Assembly (NCBI GenBank): GCA_024256285.1
Contig: JACGUG010000003.1
Location: 1-63,754, forward strand
Length of the DNA: 63,754 bases
Origin: an archaeon
Lineage (GTDB): Archaea > Thermoproteota > Nitrososphaeria > Nitrososphaerales > JACAEJ01
Direction of reading: 5' to 3'
Program-made: the position numbers and the translations under genes
Shown here: in pieces, positions 20,105 through 29,222 of the stretch
Layout: each line of letters starts with the position of its first letter
Numbering within the stretch: position 1 is the first letter of the stretch
Notes under the pieces: model-generated
Databases searched by the model: none
The model's input: the letters and a program-made list of their open reading frames with translations, nothing else
What the model was told of the DNA's origin: nothing

Positions 20105-20138
20105 ACATCTAAGTAAGTAAGAACCAGATATTTAACAT

Positions 20139-20486
20139 CTACTTCTCTATAGTACACCATTTCCCCTTTCCTTCATAGAAGGTAACTTTATACACCAGTA
20201 ATCTCTTTGAAAGTTCATCAAATATCCATTTTGTAATATTCTCTGAAGTAGGAAATTCAAATAACTCGTTAAGATTCCTATGATCGAGTTTCTCTAAAAT
20301 TTCTTTGCAGATTACTCTCATATCATCAAAATCCATTATCATGTTCTCTTGATACGTGTTACCACCCTTTAGTTCACCCTCGATTTCTATCAATATCTTT
20401 GCGGTGTGACCATGCATCGGTTCACACTTCAAATGGTTCTTTAATGAATGAGCATAATCTATCCAGAATTCCATACCCAATCTCAT
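20139..20486 (-). CDS. queD: 6-carboxy-5,6,7,8-tetrahydropterin synthase
   Basis: AHSL...CEPMHGHT, LDHRNLN, PTSENI, VTFYEG. Start placed at MRLGMEF. Confidence 0.92.
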   Translation of the reverse strand: MRLGMEFWIDYAHSLKNHLKCEPMHGHTAKILIEIEGELKGGNTYQENMIMDFDDMRVICKEILEKLDHRNLNELFEFPTSENITKWIFDELSKRLLVYKVTFYEGKGKWCTIEK

Positions 20487-20695
20487 TCTACTCACGCTCC
20501 ATCGACTCCCTCTTAATAACATATTACATTGTACTATGTATCGATTCATAAGATATTGCCTTGATCTTGACTCTACTTTTTATACAAAGCTTCTTAATTC
20601 CTACGAGCCATTCTCTTGCTAAATCTTCTACGAGCCTTGTCGATACTCTCCTTGACTTTTGGCTCCCTATCTTGAGCATCGGTCAATCGCCTCCT

Positions 20696-21379
20696 TCAAA
20701 AACCTCTTCTATTTCCCCAAAGACTGATCTGAATCCTAGGTGTAAAGCGATAACCATTCTCTTCACAGAATTTAACCAACCATTTACTTCTCTTCGCCAA
20801 CTCTTCCTTTTCAAAGCCCTCAGGCATCAATAGAATCTTGTTTATCGGAATATAGTATTTCTTGATCAATCTCTGGACCTCATCCAGATCGTCTTCGTCC
20901 TGCACAACATACTTAAAGAAAGAATTGGGCAAATTCCTAAAATATTCATAACATTCTTGCTTCTCTCTTAGATCGATCGGATTCTTAGAGCTCGTCAGTT
21001 TTGGCGAGATATCCCACTGAGCTACTAACTGTTCTATTTCTGGCTTTGGTATTATGGTTCCATTACTTTCTACTTCAACATAGAAGCCTCTCTCTTTGAG
21101 AAAACGTAATAATAAAATTAGTTCATCTTGTTGAAGCATTGGTTCTCCACCAGTAAGAACGAGATGCTTACAACCATATTTCAGGATCTCCTTCTTAACT
21201 TCATCCAATTCCATATCTTTGACTTCCTTTTCTTGATCATAATTTTCCCAATCCCACGTATACTTCGTATCGCACCAATTGCATTCTAAGTTGCAAAACG
21301 TCATCCTAAGAAATACTGCGGGTTTACCTAGGTTCGGTCCTTCGCCCTGAATCGAATAGAATATCTCGCTCACTTTCAT
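20696..21379 (-). CDS. queE: 7-carboxy-7-deazaguanine synthase (radical SAM)
   Basis: EIFYSIQGEG, CNLECNWCDT, LTGGEPMLQ, ISPK. Confidence 0.95.
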   Translation of the reverse strand: MKVSEIFYSIQGEGPNLGKPAVFLRMTFCNLECNWCDTKYTWDWENYDQEKEVKDMELDEVKKEILKYGCKHLVLTGGEPMLQQDELILLLRFLKERGFYVEVESNGTIIPKPEIEQLVAQWDISPKLTSSKNPIDLREKQECYEYFRNLPNSFFKYVVQDEDDLDEVQRLIKKYYIPINKILLMPEGFEKEELAKRSKWLVKFCEENGYRFTPRIQISLWGNRRGF

Positions 21380-22044
21380 CTTTCATACACCGTTGGATCC
21401 ATTATCCCTGCATCTTGAAAGGCTCTCTTTCTCTCTCTACAACTACTGCAGACTCCACAATGCTTCTCTCCACCCTTATAACAAGACCAAGTCAATTCAT
21501 AGGGAACTCCAAGTTTTTTCCCTAGACTTACGATCTCACTCTTATTCATCTTGACAAATGGAGCCTCTACGACTAGATCGGGATTATCTGTCGCAAGTCT
21601 AGATGCATGAGCAAAGGCTTCTACAAACTCTTCCCTACAATCTGGATATACTCCTCTATCAGAAAAGTGGGCAGCATAAAAAACATTATTCACTCCTATG
21701 CTGATCGCATATCCTACCGCAATGGACAAAAAGATTGAATTTCTGTTTGGAACAACCGTGAACTTTAAAGTATCATAATGTTTTAGTTCTGCAGAGACTT
21801 CAGGGATATTCACTTCAGGACTTGTCAGAGCTGATCTTAAAATTTCCTGTAGAGATGAAATATCTATCACTTTATGGTCAACATTCAGTTTTGATGTAAT
21901 TACCCTTGCAGCTTCTACTTCTTTAGAATGTTTTTGGCCGTAGATAAAGGTCAGAGCATAGGCTCCGTATCCATCATTAACCAGCTTGTACAATAAAGTT
22001 GAGCTGTCTATTCCACCAGAAATTATTGCTAATGCTTTCTTCAT
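21376..22044 (-). CDS. queC: 7-cyano-7-deazaguanine (preQ0) synthase
   Basis: SGGIDS, YGQKH, VPNRN, YPDCR, TWSCY...HCGVCSSC; no glutamine amidotransferase fusion. Confidence 0.95.
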   Translation of the reverse strand: MKKALAIISGGIDSSTLLYKLVNDGYGAYALTFIYGQKHSKEVEAARVITSKLNVDHKVIDISSLQEILRSALTSPEVNIPEVSAELKHYDTLKFTVVPNRNSIFLSIAVGYAISIGVNNVFYAAHFSDRGVYPDCREEFVEAFAHASRLATDNPDLVVEAPFVKMNKSEIVSLGKKLGVPYELTWSCYKGGEKHCGVCSSCRERKRAFQDAGIMDPTVYER

Positions 22045-22370
22045 TCTCCCCTTCAATACTTATACGTCCAAACATGTAATAATAAATATTTAAAAGTATG
22101 TTTAAGGCTTCTGTAAAGTTATTGTTGAATGGCTTGCGTTCTGGGTTTTCCTTCTTAAATGCACCAAATACGATAAATCCCAAACCGAGGGCCGTAAGGA
22201 TACCGCCTGATATCTCCATCAACTGATCTACATTATACTGGCGCCCATCATAAGACACATGAATAATCGGTATTAGGCCTATCCTTTGATAGGCTGTTAT
22301 AAAGTAAAAAAATACCAATGAACATAAGAAGAACCCCAATCGCAACAATTATTCCAGCTCTCACTTTCAT
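21977..22370 (-). pseudogene. Probable frameshifted small two-TM membrane protein
   Basis: An ATG at 22370 gives MKVRAGIIVAIGVLLMFIGIFLL (TM) then a stop after 40 codons. A second TM (ISGGILTALGLGFIVFGAF) lies in another frame, with a 7-nt homopolymer (22306-22312) between them. Confidence 0.4.
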
Positions 22371-22582
22371 AATTAATATCTCATCTAATTTTATTCATAG
22401 ACCTTTAAAATCTTAATTAAGTCGGTAGCATCAAGAACAATCTCCTCCAAGCTACCGAATCTTTCAATAATTATGCTATGGATTTTCAAATAATACCATC
22501 AATTATCGATCGTTTTTCGTTAAATAGGTTGGGAGAACATTTATTTAGTTTTATATTCACAGATACTTAAACGGAGTTTTAG

Positions 22583-23101
22583 TTGATGTTACCGTCAAGC
22601 GATATCAAGAAGGATGTCTTTGAACGCTACAATAGGAAGCCAAAAGGATGGCATGTCCTTGTAAGGAGAGATCAAAGAGGGTACCACGACACTATATTCT
22701 TGCACGGGAAGGAAGTGTGGTTCATAAAAGAGGAGCGGGTCAAACCATATGAATTGGTTGGGTTCGGTATTGCAGATAAAGTTGATGATGAAGATGTGCT
22801 CAGTAGTATTAAGCCATACCAGTTCGGTTTCAGACCAGTCCCTAAAGAGCTTATAGCTGAGACGATAAAAGCCTTTAGTGATAGAAGGAAGATAGAGAGC
22901 GTGATAAGCAAGATCATGAGTATAAAACCGGTACCCTTCGATGAAATAACGAGTAGATTGGCAGTCCAAGGACCGATACTCTACCCCAACAACCCCATAA
23001 ATCTCCTATCTAATCAAGATGAGATCGATCTGAAGCTCAGGAGTGAACTAGAAAAGCTCCTATACAGAAAGTATCCTTACTTGCTTACCGCCTACCTTTA
23101 A
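22583..23101 (+). CDS. Conserved-looking archaeal hypothetical protein
   Basis: 172-aa ORF with typical codon use; PKGWHVL and FGFRP motifs; no family recognised. Confidence 0.7.
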   Translation: MMLPSSDIKKDVFERYNRKPKGWHVLVRRDQRGYHDTIFLHGKEVWFIKEERVKPYELVGFGIADKVDDEDVLSSIKPYQFGFRPVPKELIAETIKAFSDRRKIESVISKIMSIKPVPFDEITSRLAVQGPILYPNNPINLLSNQDEIDLKLRSELEKLLYRKYPYLLTAYL

Positions 23102-23532
23102 CCATTTACTAAAATTTTGGACATGACCAACGCATCTCCACCATCCGGGTAATAGTTAAAAATTAGACCTGCCTCCCTAAATCCAGATTTCTTATAGAAA
23201 TCGATCGCTTCTTGATCGTCTTTCCTCACTTGGAGTTCTACCTCTCTAACCTTTTTGGAAAGAAAATTCAAGCTCTCTCTCAGTAGATTGCTACCGATAC
23301 CCCTTCTCCTGAGTTCTGGCATTACAGCTATCGATATCATAGTGCCTTTACTGCCTACCACAGAAGATATTGCGTACCCTATAATGCGCCCCTTCTCTTC
23401 GGCAACGTAAAACCCCTCAGGCTCTCTCATCAAGAAGTAAAGAAAGGTAGAGCGATCATATGGATATTTGAAGGAAATCCTCTCGATATCTAATACTTGA
23501 GTTAAGTCCTGCTTTCGACACCTTCTTATCAA
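23098..23532 (-). CDS. rimI: RimI/Ard1-like N-acetyltransferase (GNAT)
   Basis: ISIAVMPELRRRGIG acetyl-CoA motif, LQVR, AIDFYKKSGF, YYPDGGDA. Confidence 0.88.
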   Translation of the reverse strand: MIRRCRKQDLTQVLDIERISFKYPYDRSTFLYFLMREPEGFYVAEEKGRIIGYAISSVVGSKGTMISIAVMPELRRRGIGSNLLRESLNFLSKKVREVELQVRKDDQEAIDFYKKSGFREAGLIFNYYPDGGDALVMSKILVNG

Positions 23533-23621
23533 ATCGGCATTTATAGACTTATAAGAATTTTATATTGGTTCTTCTTGGGGCTCTAAAAATTTAATAAGCA
23601 AACATAGCTTCTTGGAACTGT

Positions 23622-23710
23622 GCCGAGGTAGCTCAGCCTGATTTAAAAAGGCGAAGGAGAGCATCCGGCTGAAGACCGGAGTGTCGTGGGTTCAAATCCC
23701 ACCCTCGGCA
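23622..23710 (+). tRNA. tRNA-Phe(GAA) with a 15-nt D-loop intron (23641-23655, position 18/19)
   Basis: GCCGAGG/CCTCGGC acceptor stem, CTGAAGA anticodon loop, GGTTCAAATCC T-arm. Removing ATTTAAAAAGGCGAA restores D-loop AGCCTGGGA; relaxed BHB present. Confidence 0.92.
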
Positions 23711-23777
23711 TAACACTTTGAGATCATTTCTGTAGATTGTCAAACCTTTTTGCTCAATCTGGTTTATTTTTTAATTT

Positions 23778-25025
23778 TTAAATTAAGAATCCTAAATTGT
23801 GTTCAACCGTCAGAACCAAGATAGAGACAAGAATAGTCAATGCCGTAACAAGAACTCCTGCCTTTAAGAACTCCTTAAAGCTTACTCTTACTCCTTTCTT
23901 ATCCGCTTCTTCTGCAACTATTATGTTTGCAACTGCACCTATCAATGTAGCATTTCCACCCAAGGTCGAGCCTGCAGCCAAGCTTATCCACAAAACGTTA
24001 CCTTCTATATTCCTGATCAAAGGGATGACAAGCATTGTGAGGGGGACGTTACTGACTATCTGAGAGATCGATGCACTGAATATATTTAGAGATAAAATTC
24101 CTTCGACATTCGGACTGAGGTTTATCTCATTCAGCAATGTATCGAAGATTCCTGCTTTTGTAGCACCGCCTATAACAACAAAGAGTCCAACAAAGAACAA
24201 TAGCAACACCCAATTGACCTTACTTATGATATTCGAGGGTTTTATTCTGGCGAAGATCAGCATCAGGGCAGAGCCTACAAGGGCAATCATCGATATATTC
24301 AGCCCGATATAGGAGCTAAGGAAGAAGAGGGACATCGTAAATAATAAGATTGGGAGAGAAGGTCTAAACTTGAAATCAAAATCGTCTACATTGACAGAGT
24401 TGCCAATCTTGAGTGCTTCATTATCAAGATCCTTTTTATAGACAAAACGCATAGTCAGAATCAAAACTATAGTAGAGATAACTGCAACTGGAAATAGGTA
24501 AAGAAAGAAATCTATGTAAGAAATTCCCGAGGCGATTCCTATAAGCATGTTTTGGGGGTTGCCCGTTATAGTCATGACGCCCCCTATGTTTGATGCCATA
24601 GCCTCCGCTATAAGATAAGGTACTGGATTTTTTATGTTCATGAGCCTACAGGTCTCTATTATCACTGGGGTGAACAATAGGACTACAGCATCATTCACCA
24701 AAAAGGCGCTCAAGAACCCAGTTGCAAAGATTACAACCATCAGAAGCCTCCTCGGGTTCTTTGCTATGTGCATAGATCTGACAGCCAAAAAGGTAAGAAA
24801 GCCGTCCTCTTCCAAAGTGGCTATGATTATCATCATTCCTAGCAACAAGGCTATCGTATTGAAATCGATGGCGGCTACAGCTTCTTGAACTGTTAACACA
24901 CCGGCCAATACCATCAAAATTGCTCCAATAAAGGCGGCAGCAGGTCTGTCTATGTTTACCTTCGGTAACCTTGTGAATGATATGCCTACATAGGTTATTA
25001 TGAGTATGATTAAGGCTGTTATCAA
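23778..25025 (-). CDS. ArsB/NhaD/CitMHS-superfamily anion transporter
   Basis: About 11 TM segments; FLSAFLVND, SNIGG...TGNPQN, SNVP and STLGGNATLIG motifs. Confidence 0.85.
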   Translation of the reverse strand: MITALIILIITYVGISFTRLPKVNIDRPAAAFIGAILMVLAGVLTVQEAVAAIDFNTIALLLGMMIIIATLEEDGFLTFLAVRSMHIAKNPRRLLMVVIFATGFLSAFLVNDAVVLLFTPVIIETCRLMNIKNPVPYLIAEAMASNIGGVMTITGNPQNMLIGIASGISYIDFFLYLFPVAVISTIVLILTMRFVYKKDLDNEALKIGNSVNVDDFDFKFRPSLPILLFTMSLFFLSSYIGLNISMIALVGSALMLIFARIKPSNIISKVNWVLLLFFVGLFVVIGGATKAGIFDTLLNEINLSPNVEGILSLNIFSASISQIVSNVPLTMLVIPLIRNIEGNVLWISLAAGSTLGGNATLIGAVANIIVAEEADKKGVRVSFKEFLKAGVLVTALTILVSILVLTVEHNLGFLI

Positions 25026-25327
25026 TCCTTTAACATACCGAGCGCTTAAGTTGATTATCTAGATATATTATAATTTATGCAAAACTGTCTATTCATCTTC
25101 CAAGAATGTTGAATTGCCCTCATGTGGTAGGGCTACGGAAAGTAGGGGCCTTATTTATCCTCCACCTTCAAACACATCCTGAAGAACTTAAGACATTACA
25201 AAGCGCCTTCAAAAGATAAAGGTATATCCAGTTGCTTTCTCATTCACAAAAATTCTATTTGTTTCCACCCAAATAATTAGGCTGTAGTCCCACCCTTGGC
25301 ATTACTTTTATAGATGCAACGATTTCC

Positions 25328-25684
25328 CTATCTCTCTTCCATTATCTGTTTGAGCAAGGTGCGGCTACCACAGCCAGTGTAAGCTGGCATACCGGCGAGT
25401 ATCATAACCACTCGAAAGACCTCCCTTAGTTCCTCTTTGGTGATACCCATCTTGAGCGCGCCCTCCATCTGCCTTGTTAGCGCCCTCTCGTCTCTTAGTG
25501 CTGCTGTAATTCCAATAGCGATCAGCTTCTTGGTCTTTGGATCGAGTTTGCCCTCACTCCAAACAAGTTTATCTAACTCGACGATGATACCATATATCTC
25601 TGGATCGTCCTCTTTTATATCGAAGAACACGCTTGGTATGTGACCGATCATCTTTCTTATCTTTTGTATATCTTCTTCTGACAA
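25328..25684 (-). CDS. Carboxymuconolactone decarboxylase (CMD/AhpD-like) family protein
   Basis: GKLDPKTKKLIAIGITAA, ALKMGITKEEL, AGMPA; no CxxC. Confidence 0.8.
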   Translation of the reverse strand: MSEEDIQKIRKMIGHIPSVFFDIKEDDPEIYGIIVELDKLVWSEGKLDPKTKKLIAIGITAALRDERALTRQMEGALKMGITKEELREVFRVVMILAGMPAYTGCGSRTLLKQIMEER

Positions 25685-25928
25685 TTTCTCACACTTCTGA
25701 TAGATTAGATATTCATATATAATAAATTTATTATTTTAGCGAACTGATTACTCGGCTAAGCATGATCGTGTAGATACTATTCATTACAAGTGAATCATTC
25801 AAGCCCGATACACTCATAACGTTCAAATTGCCTTCAGATCGATCGACCACCCTCATTTATAAAAATTTGAAAATCGATCCCAAAAAGCTAAAATATTAGC
25901 AGATCGAGTCGGAATTCGAGGCAGGTGA

Positions 25929-26072
25929 ATGATGAGTAAAAAAGGAGAAAGTTCCCCTGATGCCGCTTTTGAGTACGAGTGTAATTGTGGCAAGCACTTT
26001 GTCAGTGTTGGCAAGGCTGTAGCACATATCAACAAGTTCAAGGACCATCAGCTGAGAAGAGTGACGGTGTAA
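25929..26072 (+). CDS. Unannotated 47-aa C2H2-like zinc-finger microprotein
   Basis: MMSKKGESSPDAAFEYECNCGKHFVSVGKAVAHINKFKDHQLRRVTV; AGGTGA Shine-Dalgarno directly upstream. Confidence 0.6.
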   Translation: MMSKKGESSPDAAFEYECNCGKHFVSVGKAVAHINKFKDHQLRRVTV

Positions 26073-26287
26073 GAAATTAAAAATTCTAAAAGGGAAATTC
26101 CATTGATAGCAATCATCAATCGTTGCCTACACGATACTTTTTTCAGATTATGTCATATTACATCTTTTTCAGAGGTACTTTACCCCTAACAATATGTTGT
26201 TATGTTAGATCGTCGACTACCTCAGATCATTTAACTATCTAGAATCAGAGAGCAATCTCTTACTTAACTACACCCATAAATATTGAA

Positions 26288-26389
26288 GGCCGCCGCCGGG
26301 ATTTTCGTATTCATTCATATCGAACCCGGGCTAAGGGCTTTCTACATGGATCCACAGGCCCCTGTGACTACCACTACACTACGACGGCC
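26288..26389 (-). tRNA. tRNA-His(GTG) with two introns (12 nt at 37/38: 26340-26351; 17 nt at 59/60: 26302-26318) and encoded G-1
   Basis: Reverse complement folds as a cloverleaf after removing ATCCATGTAGAA and ATGAATGAATACGAAAA; C73 discriminator; both introns form BHB-like motifs. Confidence 0.92.
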
Positions 26390-26464
26390 ATGAAAAAACT
26401 ACTAAAAGTGCTCTATTTATAATTTTAGACTGTCGGAAAAATTCGTCACTTACTATCCAATGAG

Positions 26465-26653
26465 CTATCCTACTGCTTGAACAGTTAGCTTGTAGAACTT
26501 CTCACACTTTTGGCAGAAGACGTATTCTGTAGGAGTTAGTGCTAATCTCTTTTCGCTTGAGCTACCTTCTAACCACATATGGACTGTTATCAACTCTCCA
26601 CCACACTTAGGGCAGTTTATATTGGGACTAATTAGGCTCTCAAACATATTCAC
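26465..26653 (-). CDS. Small C4 zinc-ribbon protein
   Basis: CPKCGG...CQKC; 62 aa. Confidence 0.6.
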   Translation of the reverse strand: MNMFESLISPNINCPKCGGELITVHMWLEGSSSEKRLALTPTEYVFCQKCEKFYKLTVQAVG

Positions 26654-26775
26654 TCACTTAATACTGTGCCAGTATACACATTACTATGTTTACCATATAC
26701 ATATTCCTTCAGCGTTAATTCTTTTCGAGCTTGCCTTGAGCACTACGCATCTAAAGCCGATGTGATAACGATTTC

Positions 26776-27327
26776 TCATTGCAACATATCGTCTACCAGA
26801 GCCTTAATCTTGCCTTCTAGCTCGCTGATGTTCTTAGCGAGAGGGCTTAGGGCTCTTTCCAAGGCATCACTCACATTTAAGTTAGGATCACACTGCTTGC
26901 TTGCGAAGAAACCTACACGATTTTCGTCGATATCGATTTCACCTACATCAAAACCCAGATTTTTGGCGAACTTATGAATAACCTTGATCCACTTCTCAAC
27001 TGGCATATAGCCACGGTAGTACTTTGGATGCTCACTGATTTCAATAGTAAAACCATTACGGTAGAGGGAATCTAATTGACCAATGGGAATATCAACAAGA
27101 TAAACGACATTACCCTTAACACTCTTAACGGGTCGTATTTCAACGTTGTCAGGAATTTCACCAATCGGTATATCTTTTATCAGACGCCAAGGAATTTTAT
27201 CAAATATGTGCATTTTATCAAAATCGTCAGAGCACTTGAAGACCTTGCCTCCTATAATTAGTTCATGAGCATCTTCACGAAGGTCGATCTTTTTGACTCG
27301 TTTTGGGCGACTCATATCTATCAGCAC
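26776..27327 (-). CDS. Hypothetical protein with a C-terminal coiled coil
   Basis: 183-aa ORF downstream of the methyltransferase on the same strand; no family recognised. Confidence 0.65.
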   Translation of the reverse strand: MLIDMSRPKRVKKIDLREDAHELIIGGKVFKCSDDFDKMHIFDKIPWRLIKDIPIGEIPDNVEIRPVKSVKGNVVYLVDIPIGQLDSLYRNGFTIEISEHPKYYRGYMPVEKWIKVIHKFAKNLGFDVGEIDIDENRVGFFASKQCDPNLNVSDALERALSPLAKNISELEGKIKALVDDMLQ

Positions 27328-27375
27328 CCTCTCTAAGCTACCATCATAATATATTCTATGTTTTATTTGGTTCTG

Positions 27376-28695
27376 TCAAGTTGTAGGGACATCAGTTGAG
27401 CTGTCAAGTGTCGGGACATAAGCTTTTCCTCCAAGCGAATTTAAACCTCTTTGTTGATTGCCCTTTAACAATTCTTTTATTGTAATTGCTCTGATATCTA
27501 AATTACCATGTAATTTCGCCCTTGCTATTTCTTCATAAGCTCCCTTGCTAAAACTGAAGGCTACTATCACACCAATATTCTTCTTAGCACGTCTCATCGC
27601 AGTTTCAAAGTTGTCAACAACGTTTCTTCCAACATTATCCGATTGCTTGACTTGAATCGGATGCCCTTCAAAGGTATAGCCGTCTATGCCCATGTCTGAA
27701 GATTTACGCTTAGAGATTCTTCCAAACAATCTTTTGCAAACCCAATTCTGAAATTCAAAAGGTTGGATTTTCCTAAGATCATCCTCTGTCATGGGCATTC
27801 CCACAAGAACTGGTTTTGCTCCAATCTTTCTCATCCTTGTCTCCATGAGATCGCAAGCTGTCGGCGATACATCAATGCCAATCCATCTCCTGCCTAATTT
27901 ATGGGCAACAACAATCGCAGTTCCACAACCACAGAACGGATCTAAAATAATATCCATAGGATTTGAACCGATAGTTATTATCCTATCTAAAAGTGCAGTC
28001 GGTTTCTGGGTGGGGTAACCTCATTCTTCTTGTTTTCTTTTCACTAAATGCATACCGTATAGTTGTTTAATATCTGACCAAACGGTAGAAAGTGGGACCC
28101 CCTTACTTTCATCAAGGTATTGACGTTCAATTTTTCCAGACTTCCTTTTTCTTGTCCTATATTTTCTTCCCTGTTCATCTATAAAGACAAAACGTTCAGT
28201 CACGTATTTCTTGCTATAAGGTAAATATATTATATTGTAGGTGTGCTGTCCGTATTTTTTGGTATATGATAGAATCGTATCATGAGCTTTAACTGGTTTT
28301 TTCCCCGCCGTTCTACCGCCAGAGGGCGTTCCATAACTCCAGATTACTTCACCTAAGAAATTCTTTTCGCCGAAAACTTCGTCAAACATCACTTTCAGAT
28401 AATGTGAAGCATGCCAATCACAATGAAGGTAGAAAGAGCCTGTATTTTTCAAAACCTTATGGCATTGCTCGACTCTTTCCCTCATCCAAAGAATGTAATT
28501 ATTGATTCCACCCTTCCATCTATCCTCGAAGACTCTCAATTCATACCCATCATGCCAAATAATTTCATAAGTCTTGTTTGAGAAGAATGGGGGGTCAGCG
28601 TAAATCAAATCCACACATTCGTCTGGAAACTTCGCTAAAACTTCTTTGCAATCCCCACAGTAGATCGTGTTTGGTCTGAAATAAGGGAGAGTCAT
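27376..28695 (-). pseudogene. Beta-class N6/N4 DNA methyltransferase fused to an Mrr-like endonuclease domain, interrupted by one in-frame TGA (28021-28023)
   Basis: The two track ORFs share one frame: DPPF...KQEE*GYPTQKP...LDPFCGCGT...WIGID, then FEFQNWV...DMGIDG...IQVKQ (PD-(D/E)xK-like). Confidence 0.85.
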
Positions 28696-29222
28696 AAGTC
28701 TTCGCCTTTCTTGGTTACTATAATTTAGTGTAACAAGTGGATAAGTTTTTCCATGAGCCGAAAGTTTACAGCAAGATGGATGAGCCTACAACCTGACAGA
28801 ACCTTTTATTTAATGGTATTCCTATATGATGGATTATTTCACAGACCAAATAATCTACTTCTTAATAACCCCTCACCAATTTATTAGCTATTTCTTCTAT
28901 GCCGTAGTATATTCCCCTTCACACGATCTATCTAGGGACTACGGCTTGGGCGGGATTAGATATGAAGAGCTTTTAAAATGTTATGGGTGGAAGAGTGAAT
29001 GTAAGGGCGTAAGGGTTAAGCTTGTAAAGACGAACGCTCTCCTTTTCATCGACGTTCAGCATCTTATCACTTTCTATGTCCCTCTTGCCATGAGTCTTAC
29101 TGATATTCGATATAAGGACCATTGATAAGAATAAATGCTCCCCCTGCTTGGCTTGCCAATTAGTATGTGGAGTTCCATCTCTTTTAAGAGGTACTATAAT
29201 AAGACTCCACTGTGTAATCGTC

